The position numbers were made by a program, and so were the translations under genes. 64,000 bases of DNA from Mobula hypostoma (Eukaryota), in assembly GCF_963921235.1 (NCBI RefSeq), contig NC_086097.1:208074001-208138000 (forward strand), in the 5' to 3' direction. The notes under the pieces were generated by a model. The model worked only from the letters and a program-made list of their open reading frames with translations. It did not search any database and was not told where the DNA came from. Of the stretch, positions 50,136-63,292 are shown one piece after another (within the stretch, counting starts at the first letter, position 1; the number at the start of each line of letters is the position of its first letter).

Positions 50136-51819
50136 TAGCGGCTACTCATAAAACCAACACCACTTAACTAGGCACGGGGGTGGTGGTGGGTTAATCCTGG
50201 TTGATGCATCTTCCATAGAATCCAATAATAAAAATGTTCAAAGTTGAAGGAACGTATTCGATCACTTATTACTTTGAACCTTGAAGTATAGATGTGGATG
50301 CTGCAAATAGACTAGTGAAGATGAAGTCAGGTAGGTTTCTCCCTTGAGTTATTGTTTTCTCCATTGTTTGCTGACCAAATCTTTCAGGACTTGATCAATT
50401 CCTCTACTTTTTTCAATGACGATTTTACTACAACCTGATATTAATAGGTTGTGATTTATTTTGTTTTCTAAATTGGGAGGAAGCTTGCCTCATACAGACG
50501 GATCTCACACTAATTCAATTAAGATAAATTTCTTCACTAGTACTGAAGGATTATGAATGGACAGACCATCTGTTCTTAGGAGTCAAATAACTCCTAATAC
50601 TAATGCTATTCCATAATCTCGTGGAGTGCAGCTCTCAAAAAGAGATTATTTCTTTTTTTACCATTTAAATGCTGTTGAACATGATTGAATGTGAAATCAG
50701 TTTACAAGCCCAAGTGTGTGGATTCAGATGAAGGAATGTAGTATAATTCTTATTTATCAGTACACTAGAGATCTAAAAAAAAATTATAGATAATCCATAG
50801 CCCAACTGCACATGGGATAAGATTTACTTTTATTGACAGTAGATTATCCTTTATTGTCACTTCAAATTCGTAAACAGACAATAGACATACAGGAACCTCT
50901 ACTGAGAGCAGGGAAAGTACAGATATCTACCTACAAATGAAAACTAATGTCCATGTGCAAGATAAATTAAGTGTCTCCTCAACAATCAAAAGAAGATTAT
51001 CTGGAGTCCTGACTTGCAGCTTCCTTCAATGCGAAAAAGCTTTTTCACTGAGTTCAGAGCTTGGAACTATGCTGAAGGTTGCCAAGCAACGGAAATCATC
51101 CAAATTGAGAATGAACAGAAAAATGAAGGGCTACAAATACTTAAGGTAAATGTTCAGCAAGAACACTCTAGTAGTTAGATCTGAGATATTGTCTGTCAGA
51201 AACAGCTAAATGATAAGACGTGATAAGATATTATTTTCAATATTTGTTGTGCAGTCACTTTCATTTGAAGTCTCTAAAATTTATACCTGCTGGTCACTTT
51301 GCATACAATCAGATTGAAATATAGTTGTAAATTTATTAGTCAGAGAACACCAGACAAAGTGGTTTAGCAGTGGAGATTATTCTATATGTTTTCAGTTCCA
51401 GCTAAGAATCATGCTTTACTTTCTTCAATAATGTTAGCTAAAGTGCAAATAAAAGATGGCAATCTGGTGATAGAAGCTATCACCGTAAGCAGTAAATTCA
51501 AAAAGGAACACAAGATGTGTTTTGTGGAATGGTTAAGGGGGTGGCAGAATATTGTGGGTCTGTGACCGGCCGAGTGGAAAGAAGTCTGTGAGGCGGGAGC
51601 CTGCCATCAGCATTCAGTGAGAGTGGAGGGTTCGAGAAGTGAGTACAGTGTGGGGTCTTGCCATTAGTGGCTGAGAACATCAGTCACTGGGCATGGGATG
51701 TTGATTTGAGCAATTATGGATGGGACTCTGAGAAACTATTGGGTGTATTTTAGTGGTGGATGGTGAGAGGGAAATGAGAATCTGTACTGTGTGAGGAAAA
51801 GGGGACTGATTTCTCTCCT

Positions 51820-52110
51820 ATTAGAGCTGCTGCCTTGTTCCAGTAACCCCAAGTTCAATCCTCATTTCCATTACTGTCAGAGTTGATTGTGATCACATGG
51901 TTTTGCTTGAGTTTCCTCACACATTCCAAGTCATGTGGGATGGTCGGTAATTAACCACTGTTAATTTACTCTGCAGTGTATGTGAGTGGTAAGACCTGTG
52001 TGGAGTTGGTCGGAATGCAAGGAGAGCAAACTGTGAATAGCACATAATTAGTGTGTGTGTGAGTGTGTGCTTATCGGTGCTCGTTTCTGTGCTGCATGAG
52101 TCTATGTATC
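51820..52110 (+). mobile_element. Degenerate V-SINE
   Basis: B-box-like gttcaatcc; gtttcctcacacattccaag core; CR1-like tail. Confidence 0.55.
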
Positions 52111-52583
52111 CCTATGTATACTAATGGCTGAGCTCTGCAAACATGTTTTGTGAAAAAAGGGATTTCTGAAAGATTAAAATTCCAGGACACTATTTTATGG
52201 AATATTGATGAGGACCTTCTGCTTCACGCTGAACTTGACTTAAGTGAACTTAATGAAAATAAAGAATATGGACTGCCATCATAACAAATGCATTAAAATG
52301 TATGAAGAAGATTTCAGCTCCAGACCATGAGAGCAGTGTTTATGTGCAACTGAAGTGTTTTATGGATAAAATCTGCTCCTTGTTCCATGCTATGTTGGGT
52401 AGATATTTACGGGTACAGCTTTTCAGGTGGGCACATGTAGATTACGATAACGTGATTAAGTTTCTGGAATTTCCTTGTATTAGTGCATGCTCTTTGCCAA
52501 TGTGGCATTACACTCCTGCTATTGTAACCCTGCTAATTTTGCTTATACGATCTGACCTGCTGAATCCTTGATAATCTTTCTTC

Positions 52584-52810
52584 GTGGCACGGTAGTGTAG
52601 CAGTTAGTGTAATGTTATTACAACAGCAGCAATCCTCCACTGTCTTTAATGAGTTTGTACATTCTCCTTGTGATCACGTGCATTTCCATCGAATGCTCTC
52701 GCTTCCAAAGGTGTATGGGTTAGCAGGTGAATTGGTCACATGGGTGTAATTGGGAGGTGGGGGCTCATTAGGCCAGAAGGGCCTTTTACTGTGCTGTATC
52801 TCTAAATAAA
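52584..52810 (+). mobile_element. V-SINE with a CR1-type tail
   Basis: tRNA-like head ggcacggtagtgtagcagttag; V-core; ggccagaagggccttttactgtgctgtatctctaaataaa. Confidence 0.75.
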
Positions 52811-53114
52811 ACAGACATTGCAGTACTATTCTGTAATTGCTTTCATTCTGGACATAAGGCCATGTAATAGTGTTGCCTGGTAGGCTGGTGCCTTGGTTTA
52901 CCTTTATTTTATGTCATATTATTACTCTTCCTGTTGTCCTTTGAACCTCTTCTCAATTACTGAGGATTTAAATGGGGTAAAACTTCATTTTCACGTTGGC
53001 TGTAATCTGAGAGTATGCAGTGGGAGTGGCAGTAACAGTGGATTTAGGTTTGGGATATTGGATACCTGACTGTTATTGAACCTGACTAACAGAAGGCATT
53101 TAAAGGGGATCAAA

Positions 53115-53312
53115 AAATACTGCCAGAGGAACTCAGTGGATCAAGCAGAAACTGTGGATTTCTGAGCTCTCTCGGTCTCTCAGTGCTGATGCAGCATCTC
53201 AAAACCAAATGTCGGTTTTCCCTCTGTGCCCAGAGATGCTCCCTCACTCATTGGAGTTCCTCCAGCAGTTTGTTTCCCTGCTCTAGATTCTAGCATCTGC
53301 AGTCTCTTTTGT
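53115..53312. mobile_element. Penelope-like pLTR remnant, inverted pair
   Basis: gaggaactc...gagttcctc inverted pair; ctgatgcagcatctcaaaaccaaatgtc. Confidence 0.6.
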
Positions 53313-53399
53313 CTCCATTTAAGGAGAGGATGGATCAGAAACGTTCTGTAGATATGGGAAAGTGTTTGAGAAATTACAATGATTATGCCCTTGTTCAAG

Positions 53400-54545
53400 A
53401 AGTGGTTGTGAGGAGAAATCCAACAATTGCTGGTCAGTTGGTTTAAACTTGACAATGGGGATAACTTTAGAAAGAATATTCAGGGTCAGAATTAGCAACC
53501 TCTTGGACTAGTATGAACTAACTAGAAAGCAGTCAATATTTGTTAATGACAAATTCTTTGTAACTAACCTGACAGAAATATTTGGTGAAGTACTTAAAGG
53601 GCTGATGATGTGTTGCAGAAAGACTATTGCAGCTATGTAATAAAGTAAGACACAATAGGCTTGGGTTCAGAATTTAAAGTCAATAGAATAAAAAGTGAAA
53701 TGACAACATTGATTATTTGACAAGAGAGTAGAATGAACAATTATAGAGGGGAGTATATGGTTTTGTTCACTGGAAACTGAAATATAAGTACTGCTTTTCT
53801 CAATCAACATTAATGACTCAGATTTGGTGTTCAGGGTATAATTTCCAGGTGGCACAGAACATGGAAACGCAATGAAGCATAAGAAGAGTAGTTATGCACA
53901 TTCAAGGCTGGTTCGAAGGACAGACGTGTGCCAAATAAAATCTAACTCAGAATAAATAAAGAATAAGGAAATGCTGTAAAATGCAGGAAACATGATTCTA
54001 AAAGGGATACGGAAATAAAAGTAACTGGAATTATAGCTGCTAGAATTTTATAAACTGTTGGCAGAGCCAAAATATTAGTTCCAATCCTGAATGCTACACT
54101 TCATAAAAAGTGGATAAGATTCAGATGAAAATTATTAAGATGGTTCTAGGTCTGAAGGACATTGGATATATGGAGAGGAAGGAGATGCTGGAGTTGCTCT
54201 CTCTGGAGCAGAGGACGATGAGAGAAGATCTAAGTAATACATTTAAAATAACAAAGGATCTCAACAAGAAGACAGAAAGAAATTGAACAAGTTGGTAGAA
54301 AGAGCTGTAGATTGAAAGTGATTGGAAAAAGAACCAGAATGGATATATGGAAAACCATTACAATGCAGCAAATGCTGAGAATATGAACTGAACTGGCAGT
54401 GTGTAGTAGATATTGATTCAGCCATAGCATTTAAAAGGAAACTGGATAAATACTTTAAAGAAAAGAATTTTCGAGCACTGAGGAGAGGGTAGCAGAGTGG
54501 ATTATGGACAGGGAGTGACAAATGGCCTCCTTCCTTCCAATCACC
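53400..54545 (+). mobile_element. Highly degenerate CR1 RT and 3' region
   Basis: Residual LTNL..F, INDL and AFKRKLD-like motifs. Confidence 0.55.
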
Positions 54546-54594
54546 CACCTGCAATATTCCCTCCATGTTATTTATTGATTGTACATTGTCAAAA

Positions 54595-57399
54595 ACATAA
54601 TATGATAGCATTCACCCTGCAATTTAAGAGGCAGAAGCAAAAGTCATATCAGTATTGCAGTGGAGTAAAGGGAATTACAAAGGCATGAGAGAGAAGCAGG
54701 TTAAAGTTGATTGGAAGAGGATACTGGTAGGGATGACAACAGAGCAGCAATGGCTAGAATTTCTGGGAGAAATTCGGTAATCGCGGGATAGATACATCCC
54801 AAAGAAGAAGTATTCTAAAGGCAGGATGATGCAAGCATGGCTGACAAGAGAAGTCAAAGCCAACATAAAAGCCAAACAGAGGGCAAAAATTAGTGGGAAG
54901 TTTGTGGATGGGGAAGCTTTCAAAAATCAACAGAAGGCAACAAAAAAAGTCACAAAGAGGGAAAAGATGGAATACGAAAGTAAGCTTGGCAATAATATTA
55001 AAGAGGATACCAAAAGTTTCTTCAGATATATAAAGAGTAAAAGAGAGGTGAGAGTAGCTATTGGTCTGCTGGAAAACAATGCTGGAGAGCTGGTAATGGA
55101 GGACAAGGAAATGGCAGACAAATGAATATGTATTTTGCATCAGCCTTCTTGGTGGAAGACACTAGCAGTATGCCAGAAGGTTGAGAGGGTCAGGTGTAGA
55201 AGTGAGTGAAGTTGCCATTACTAGACAGAAGGTTCTTGGGAAACTGAAAGGACTGAAGGTAAATAAATCACCTTGACCAGATGGTCTACATGTCAGAGTT
55301 CTGAAAAAGGTGGCTGAAGAGAATGTGAGGCATTAGTAAAGACCTTTCAAGAATCAGTAGATACTGGCATGGTTCTGCAGAATCACCAGATTCTGGAATA
55401 GCTCTGGAAGACTGGAAATCCCAAATATCAATCCATTCTTCAAGAAGCAAGAGATGCAGAAGGAAATTATAGGCCAGTTAGTCTGACCTCAGTGGTTGGG
55501 AAGGTGTTGGAGTCGATTGTTAAGGATGTGGTTTAGGGTACTTGGAGGCACATGATAAAAAGGCCAACATGGTTTCCTTAGGGAAGATCTTGCCTGACAA
55601 AGCTGTTGAATTCTTTGAAGATATAACAAGCAGGATAGACAAAGGAGAATCAGTGGATGTTGTATACTTGGATTTTCAGAAGGCCTTTGATAAGGTGTCA
55701 CACATGAGGCTGCTTAATAAGTTAAGAGCCCATGGTACTAGAAGAAATATACCAGCATGGAGAAAGCAGTGGCTAATTGGCAGGAGGCAAAGAGTGGGAA
55801 TAAAGGGTGCCTTTTCTGGTTGGCTGCCAGTATCTGGTAGTATTCCACAGATACTGGCAGTTGGGACTGATTCTTTTTTATGTTATGTGTTAATGATTTG
55901 GATGAAGGAATTGATGGCTTTGTGGCCAAGTTTATGGATAATACAAAGATAGGTGGAAGGGTAGGTAGTGTAGCAGGAAGGCTACAGAAGAACTTCCACA
56001 GATTAGGAGAATGTGCAAAGAAGTGGCAGATGGAATACAACGTCGGGAAGTGTATGGTCATGCACTTTGATAGAAGAAATGAAAGTGAAAACTATTATCT
56101 AAATGGAGAGAAATTTCAAAAATCTGAGATACAAAGAGTCCTCCTGCAGGATTCCTTTAAGGTTATTTTGCAGGTTGACTTGGTGGTGAGGAAGGCAAAT
56201 GCAATATCTGCATTCATTTTGAGAGGGCTGGAATATAAAAGCAAGGATGTAATATTGAGGCTTTATAAGGCTCTGGTGAGTCCTCACGGAGTATTGTGAG
56301 CAGTTTTGAGGCCCTGTCTATGAAAATTGATGCACAAAAATGATTCCGGGATTGAAAGGCTTCTCATATGAGGAGGATATAATGGCGCTGGGCCTGTACT
56401 TAATGCAGACATCCCACCCTGCAAAAACTCATTTCAGGGAGGTAGCACCACCGTTTCAGGGATGTAGCACCCCCGCCCCCCCCCTGCCCGCAACCTCATA
56501 TCCCCTCCCCACCCCACCCCCGTCAAACTCCAAAGGTGTATGTAATACTTTGTTTAGTGATTTTGTCTAATCTGTAAACCAAGTTGAGTATATGCAGAAA
56601 ATGTGACATTAAAATATGTACTTATATTATATTATATTATATTATCATGTTTATTCTGTTACAACTTTAAGCAAGTCTACAGGGAGTTTGGCGTCATCAC
56701 GTAGGACATCAATAGAGTGGCTCCTTAGCAGCTAGCCAGCTAGTTTAAATAATGTTAGCTACGCTAATGAACAAATGACGCCTGTTAAACTCACCTCAAC
56801 ATGTCGTTTACATTTTAACCCACCATGGGCAATAGAAAAGTCACTGTTGCTAACAGTGCAGTGAGCAACGCTGTCATTATTTTTGAGGTCGACTGTAAAG
56901 CCCGCCCACAGAAAAAACTGATAGGTCTACTTAGCACGAAGAGACCAATCAGGATCTCGCTCTTGCTCTCCCTCTCTCTCTCAAAAAAATCGATTTCCGG
57001 GATATTGCATATAATTTCCGGGCATCAGGGAGCCGCTGTCAATATGCGGGAGACTCCCGGAACTTCCGGGAGAGGTGGGATGTCTGTTAATGGAATTCAG
57101 AAGAATGAGAGATCTCACTGAAACCTATCAAAGTTTGAAAGATTCAACAGAGTGGATGTGGAGAGGATGTTTCCTCTGGTGGGGAGTCACCAGTCATTGT
57201 TGTCAATGTGGTGGTGGAGGCCAAGTCATTGAGTATATTTAGGGTAGAGATTGACAGTTTCTTAACTAGTCAGGGCATGAAAGGTTACAGGGAGAAGGCA
57301 GGAGATTGGGACTGAGAGGGAAATGGATCAGCCTGATGAAATGGTGGAGTAGACTTGATGGGCCAAATGGATTAATTCTGCTCCTATATCTCATGGTCT
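54595..57399 (+). mobile_element. CR1 ORF2 copy (related to 7860-10131), interrupted by a MITE
   Basis: WLTREVKA, NIKEDTKSFF, YLDFQKAFDKV motifs and 3' UTR. Confidence 0.92.
56406..57086. mobile_element. Non-autonomous DNA transposon (MITE), 13-bp TIR and 6-bp TSD
   Basis: CAGACATCCCACC / GGTGGGATGTCTG; TTAATG at 56400-56405 and 57087-57092; the CR1 frame resumes at EFRRMR. Confidence 0.9.
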
Positions 57400-58257
57400 A
57401 AAAAAACTTTACATTTGTTGAGGAGGTTGATTGATTGAGAAGCATGAGACGATCATTATAGCAACAATTACCGGTAGCTGGTCTGTAACAACTGCAGAGT
57501 CCAAATTAAATAAAGATCTTAGTATATTACGATAATTTTAACAAAAACAGGCATTAAATCACAAGATAGAAAACCATTTATATCAGTAAAAATATTATTT
57601 TCAAACTCGTTGTTTGTCTAACCACTATATGAAGTACATTTTAAAATCCAGCCCAAAGATGTGTTTACTCCCTGTTATGTTGCTCACAAGGCTGCCCCAG
57701 AGTGTAGGCTATGTATAATGTTCAAAAGTCACTCTAAGTTTGATTCACAATTAAGTGCTGCTGCTAAAAATGTACAAATAAGCAACAAGATAATGATGTC
57801 TGTAAGTCTTATATTAATTAATCGTTATTGATGAACGGGTGATGAATTTTTGATTTTAATGATTAAACAAAATTGATTATTGCAGTGAAACATTACTCAA
57901 TAAAATCTGTCTACCTTGTTCTCCATAAACAAGTAACACTTAAAATGCACACTGCCAATTTTTATATTGCTATACAACTGGTTTCAATGACAGGCAGTCA
58001 TTCAAACACAAGCCTATAAAATGTCTTGCAGACCCCTTCAAGAGGATCAGCAGCTGACTGGCATCCAGCATTTTGTGTATGTTGCTCCAGCTTTCCAACA
58101 ATTGCATTCTCTCTTTGTCCTCAAATAGCAATCCATAGGATATTTCATTCTAACTGATGCTAGAATATGAATTGATCTTTTTTTTCTCAAGGGGGCATGT
58201 TTCACTACATGTGGGATAAGCCATAATTTCAGTTGAGAGGCCAGCTTGGCCACGTTG

Positions 58258-58385
58258 CTATGAAGGGTCTTGGCCTGAAACATCAATTATTTATTCCTCT
58301 CCATAGGTACTGCCTGACCTGCTGTGTTCCTCCAGCATTTTCTGTGTGTTACTATGGATTTCCTGCTTCTGTAGAATCTCTTGTG
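58258..58385 (+). mobile_element. Penelope-like pLTR remnant beginning at a decayed hammerhead motif
   Basis: ctatgaagggtcttggcctgaaacatc followed by the shared ...ttcctccagcattttctgtgtgtt... segment; a second partial copy at about 58060-58115. Confidence 0.7.
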
Positions 58386-58809
58386 CTATTGACCACTTTG
58401 ATGACTCTTTAGTAATTGGACATGTTATTGAAAATAACCTGTGACTGCCTCCAGTTCAACAAACTCCTTCTTTCTCTGTACCTTTGCAAATATCCCTTTT
58501 CAAACTTAAGTGCATTTCCTTTTGAAAGTTATTGTCATATCCAGCACTCCGGTATTGTATGCTGACTAATCATAGGCCAATCCTGGTAGTCTGCACTATA
58601 CATTTAATCAAAGCACATTTCTGACTCTTTTGGTGTCTTGGGAGATTGCTGTGCAGCAACCTTAAAAGATGGAGTTTCAGAATAAATAATTAATCTTGGG
58701 AATGCTTTGTAGTTTCCCTAATCTCCTCCTCCAGCTGAACCAGTATTTTCTCCTATGGAATCTCCGCTGACAAGATCATTCTACTCAGGTTTGTTCTGCA
58801 GGTCAGTTC

Positions 58810-59390
58810 AGGCCTTTGATAGTGGCATCACAGGTCGACAAGGAGGTGAAGAAGACATTAGGCATGTTTGCTTTCACGATTCAGGACACTGAGTACAAGT
58901 GCTGGGAGTGTTTATGGAGTGTTGTAGCTGTACAAGACATTGGTGAGACTGTGCTTGGAATATTGAGTACAACTCTGGTTAGCCGGCAATAGAAAAGGAT
59001 GTCATTAACTGAAAAAGGTGCAGGAAATATTTGCAGGGATTTTGCTAGGACAGGGTGGCTTGATCTACAAGGAATGTCTGGATTGACTGCGGCTGTTTTC
59101 CCTGGAGTAATGAAGGCTGAGGGGTGACCTTCTAGATGGGCTGAATAGTCTAGTTCTGCTCCTATGTCTTGTGGTCTTATGGAATCAAAATCAGGTTTAA
59201 TATCATTGGCATACAGTATGTGGTGAAATTTGTTGTTTGCAACAACAGTGCTGTGTCTTTTGAAGATGTTCTTGATTCTGGGGAGGCTGGTGCCCATTGT
59301 AGAGCTGGCTGAGTTTGCAACTTTCTGCAGCTTTTTTCCCAATCCTGTGCATATCAGAAGGCGATACGACCAGTGAGAATGCTGGTTGTT
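58810..59390. mobile_element. Adjacent CR1 (+) and Rex1 (-) 3' fragments
   Basis: LYKTLVR-like motif and cttatgg tail, then aatcaggtttaatatc reverse tail. Confidence 0.7.
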
Positions 59391-59563
59391 AGAATTAGAT
59401 GTTTACAATCATCAGCAGCATAGGTAAGTTCACAGACTTCTTCCTAGAGTAGGAAAGTCTAAAACTATCGCGTATGACCTGGCTGAGTAACTGGCAAAGG
59501 CAGTTACAAATATAGCTTTGATAAAACATTTCAGCAAACACTTGGATGGGAAAGGTTTCAAGC

Positions 59564-59641
59564 TGAGGTTTCCAACCTGAGGTCAACAGACCCCTCAGTT
59601 AATGGTAGGTGTCCATGGCATAAACCAGGTTGGGAGCCCCC
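59564..59641. mobile_element. Short hAT/Charlie-like MITE
   Basis: Imperfect TIRs ggtttccaacctg / caggttgggagcccc. Confidence 0.55.
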
Positions 59642-59789
59642 GTTTTGAAGGAAAATAAACAAAATGGCACGAGCTAGAACAAGCACACCCCTTGTCAGCA
59701 AGGAATAGAAGGGCCAAAGGGCCTGCTTCTGTGCAATACAAGTCACAACAATGACAACTGACAATGTTATGACAATGACACAAAACTGA

Positions 59790-60560
59790 ATAGGACTGTG
59801 AGTTGTGAGGAGGATGGGAAGAGCTGCCAAGGCAACTTAGCCAAGTGGAATGAGTGGGGAAATGCATATAGCAGGCAGAAAGGCAGAACATTATTTAAAT
59901 AGGGACCACGTGGCAAATGCTGATGTGCAAAAGGACCCGGGCATCCTTGTATGCCAGTCATTGAAAGCAAATATGTATTTGCAGCAAGCAGTTAGGAAAG
60001 CAATGGATTTTTTTTTACTTTATTTTGTGTGCTGTAGCAATGAGCTCTTGCTGTACTATGCAGTTTTGGTCTCGTAACCTTAGACATACTTGCCTATTCA
60101 GAGGGAGTGCAGCCAAGGATCACCAGAGTGATAACCTGGAATGACAGGCCTTGTATGAAGCAAAATTGGGTTGACCAGGTTTTGCTTCTTTGGAGTTTAG
60201 ATGAGCGAGCCTGAGACCTGGGCATGGGTAGATGTTTCTCATTTCTGGGGATCTAGAGCAAAGCATCACAACCAAAGAATTCAAGGTAAAGCACTTAGGA
60301 CTGAAATGAGGGAACTTTCTTCATTCAGTAGATGGAAAACTTGTGGATTTCTCTATCACAAAAGCCAGAGGAGACCAAATCACTGAATATAAAGACGCAT
60401 GAGATACCTAGATTTCCAGACTAAAAATGCGTCAAAGGATAGGAAGAGACAATAAGAAAGTGGTATTGAGGTGCAGAATCTGTCATGATTGTATTAAATA
60501 GTGAAATAGGCTTGAAAGGAGAAATAGCCTACTCCTGCTCCTATTTCCTAGATTTCTATC
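59790..60560 (+). mobile_element. Degenerate CR1 3' fragment
   Basis: YLN..VQKDPGILV motif; 3' UTR gcctactcctgctcctat. Confidence 0.65.
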
Positions 60561-61494
60561 TTCGGCTACTAACTTGTTGAACTTTTATTTCTTATAGAAT
60601 CACTGAACATGTAATATAGGCTTTTCCACCTACTGTGGCCATTAAGTGGCAACCTATACTAATCTCATTTTCCAGCATTCAGTCACAACATTGCACACCA
60701 TGCTACTTCACCTTTATTTAAATACCAAGTAAGTGGTGTGAAAGTACTTGCCTCCACCATACCTTCAGGCAAAGTGGTTCAGATTTCAACCACCCTTTAG
60801 GTGAGAAAATATTCTTCCTCAAGACAATTATCTTAAATCTATGCCCTCTGGATATGGACATCTCTGCTATGGGGAAAGTATTCTCTTTATTCGCACTGTC
60901 TGTGTCCCTCCAAACATTTTATTACTCAATCAATCCTTCCCCACTCCCACCCCATGGTGAAAACAAAGCCAGCCTGTCCAATCAGTCCTCATAGATGAAA
61001 TATTCTATCCTAGATCACACCCTGGTGAACCTCCTCCACATCAACTCCAGTACAATCACATCTTTTCTTTACTATAGCAGTGTCAAAAACACACTGTTAT
61101 CTATTTATGGCCTAATGGATAGTTTCTATAGTTATTTCATAACCTCCATGCTCTTATAATTTATGTCCTGGCTAATGAAGGCAGGTATTCCATGTCCTTC
61201 TTAACCACCTCATGGTATGTTTAAGAATGTTGAAAAGTAGCCACTATTACATTGATTCTGTTCTACAATATCAGAAAGCAGAACTTTCTTCACTCAGAGA
61301 CAGTAAACTTGCAGAAATCTCCAGCACAGGTGTCAGTAGGTCTCCACATCTATGATGGAGCTCAATTTCTTCATGGTTATAAATGGAGAGTGGAAAATTT
61401 TGGATTTTAATTCCTAGAATTCCTCAGTATTTGGGGACACAAATGAATCAAATCCAGAACGGTGCTGGAATTTGAATTTTATGTCTCACAAAGC

Positions 61495-61700
61495 CCAGAA
61501 TCAGAGTCAGTTTTATTATTATCACTGACATCTGTAGTGAAATGAGTTATTTTGCGGCAGAAGTACAGTGCGATAGTTAACAATTACTATAAGGTGCAAT
61601 AAGGATTTATATAAAAAATAACTCAAAAAGTGAGCAAAGTAGTGAGGTGGTGTTCATGGCTTCATGGACTGTTCATAAATCTGATGGTGGACTGGAAGAA
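61495..61700 (-). mobile_element. Rex1 3' UTR fragment
   Basis: agaatcagagtcag reverse tail. Confidence 0.6.
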
Positions 61701-61704
61701 GGTA

Positions 61705-62015
61705 CAGTACGATAGCATAGTGTCTACTGTCATGTATTACAGTGCCAGCAATTGGCATTCAATTCCCATCACTGTCTTTAAGGAGATTGTATGTTTTCCC
61801 CATGGCCACTTGGATTTCCTCTGGCTGCACCAGTTCCCTCCCACAAACACTTCAAAAACGTATGGGTGGTAAGTTGTGGGCATGCTGCGTTAGTGCCAGA
61901 GGCATGACAACACTTGCGGGCTGTCCCCAGCATATCCTTGGACTCCGTTGGTCATTGGCGCAAAGAATGCATTCATTTTTGATGTTTCAATGTACATGTG
62001 ACAAATAAAGCTAAT
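61705..62015 (+). mobile_element. V-SINE with a gtgacaaataaagctaat tail
   Basis: Same family as 3411-3797. Confidence 0.72.
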
Positions 62016-62374
62016 ATTTTAAAAATCTTTATCTTCAACACTGAGCAACGCTTGTCCTGTCTCTTATGTCTGGCTCAGTTTTCTTTTCTTCCCCATGCTG
62101 ACATGAAAAGTGGCAAACTGAACTCAAACAGCTGCTACTCCAGTACTGTAATGTGTGCTGAAGTTACAATTTATTCTGAGGTCAGTGATGCAAGTTCATG
62201 GTTGACAGAGGAATCAATTTACATCAGACCTTACAGTCAAACGCACAGAAAGCTTGAACCTATGCTCTGCTGACTAAGAAATGAAATGATACACATTAAG
62301 CAATGCTGCCACTCAGTTTGCAACTTCTTTCATCATTTTTCACTATTGTTAAATGTGTGGCAGAATAATGTAAT

Positions 62375-63270
62375 AAACAGGAGCAGGAATAAGCCACCTG
62401 ACCTTTGATCCAGCTCCATCACTCAGGTAGTTCATGACTGATCCTTTATCTTACACATCATTTTTCTTGATTTATTTAATATACAGAAATTTATCAATCT
62501 CTGTTTTGAGTGAATTGATAGCTAAGTTTCTACACTTTCTGGGATAGAGAATTCCAAGGATTCAACACCCTCTGAGTGAATTTCTATTTCCTCATTTCAG
62601 TCCCAAGTGGCATTTTCTTTTGATAAGTATCTTCCCCTTTTTTTGTTAATCGTGCTAAGAATTTTGTATGATCAGTAAGTTCTCCTCCCTCTCTAAACTC
62701 TAAATTTGTCTTGCCATACTGTCACATCACAATAGCTTTTTGTCGTGCGTACAAGGACTTCCAGAACCTTTGAACATCAACATTTCTCACTCTCACTCTC
62801 TGACAGTTTAAAAAATATTCAGCTTTTCTGTTCTTTGCACACTGCCCTCCATCTTCCACTTTGTTGCTCACTCATTTAGCTTATCTATATGCCACTGTAG
62901 CCTCTGTTCATATTTCCATTTGTTTTTGTGTCATTAATGAATATGGAAATATTAAAATTGCTTGGGAATAACTTGGGCCTGGGACCAGTCACTGTGGTAC
63001 TTCACAAATCACAGCCTGCCAACCTGAGACAGATTTGTTTCTCCTCACTACTTTCCATCTGTTGGTCAATTTTCCATATGAGTTAACATTACTTCCAACC
63101 CTTATGTACTCTAATCTTGCTGACAGCAATGTTACCTAAAGCCTTCTGAAAATTCAAATGCACCATTTACAGTAATTCCCCTCCATTTACTCTACGAGGT
63201 ATATCCTCAGAGCTCCAACGGATTATTCAGCCATTATTTCCTTTTAATCTCTGTTGACTCTGCTTAATTA
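62375..63270 (-). mobile_element. Highly degenerate CR1 3' region
   Basis: Reverse 3' UTR (caggagcaggaataagcc) and aaagccttctgaaaattcaa (reverse DFQKAF-like). Confidence 0.55.
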
Positions 63271-63292
63271 TATTATCATTTTCTAGATCTTT

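Noticed and set aside
52584..52650. tRNA gene
   Set aside because: It is a degenerate SINE head with no cloverleaf.
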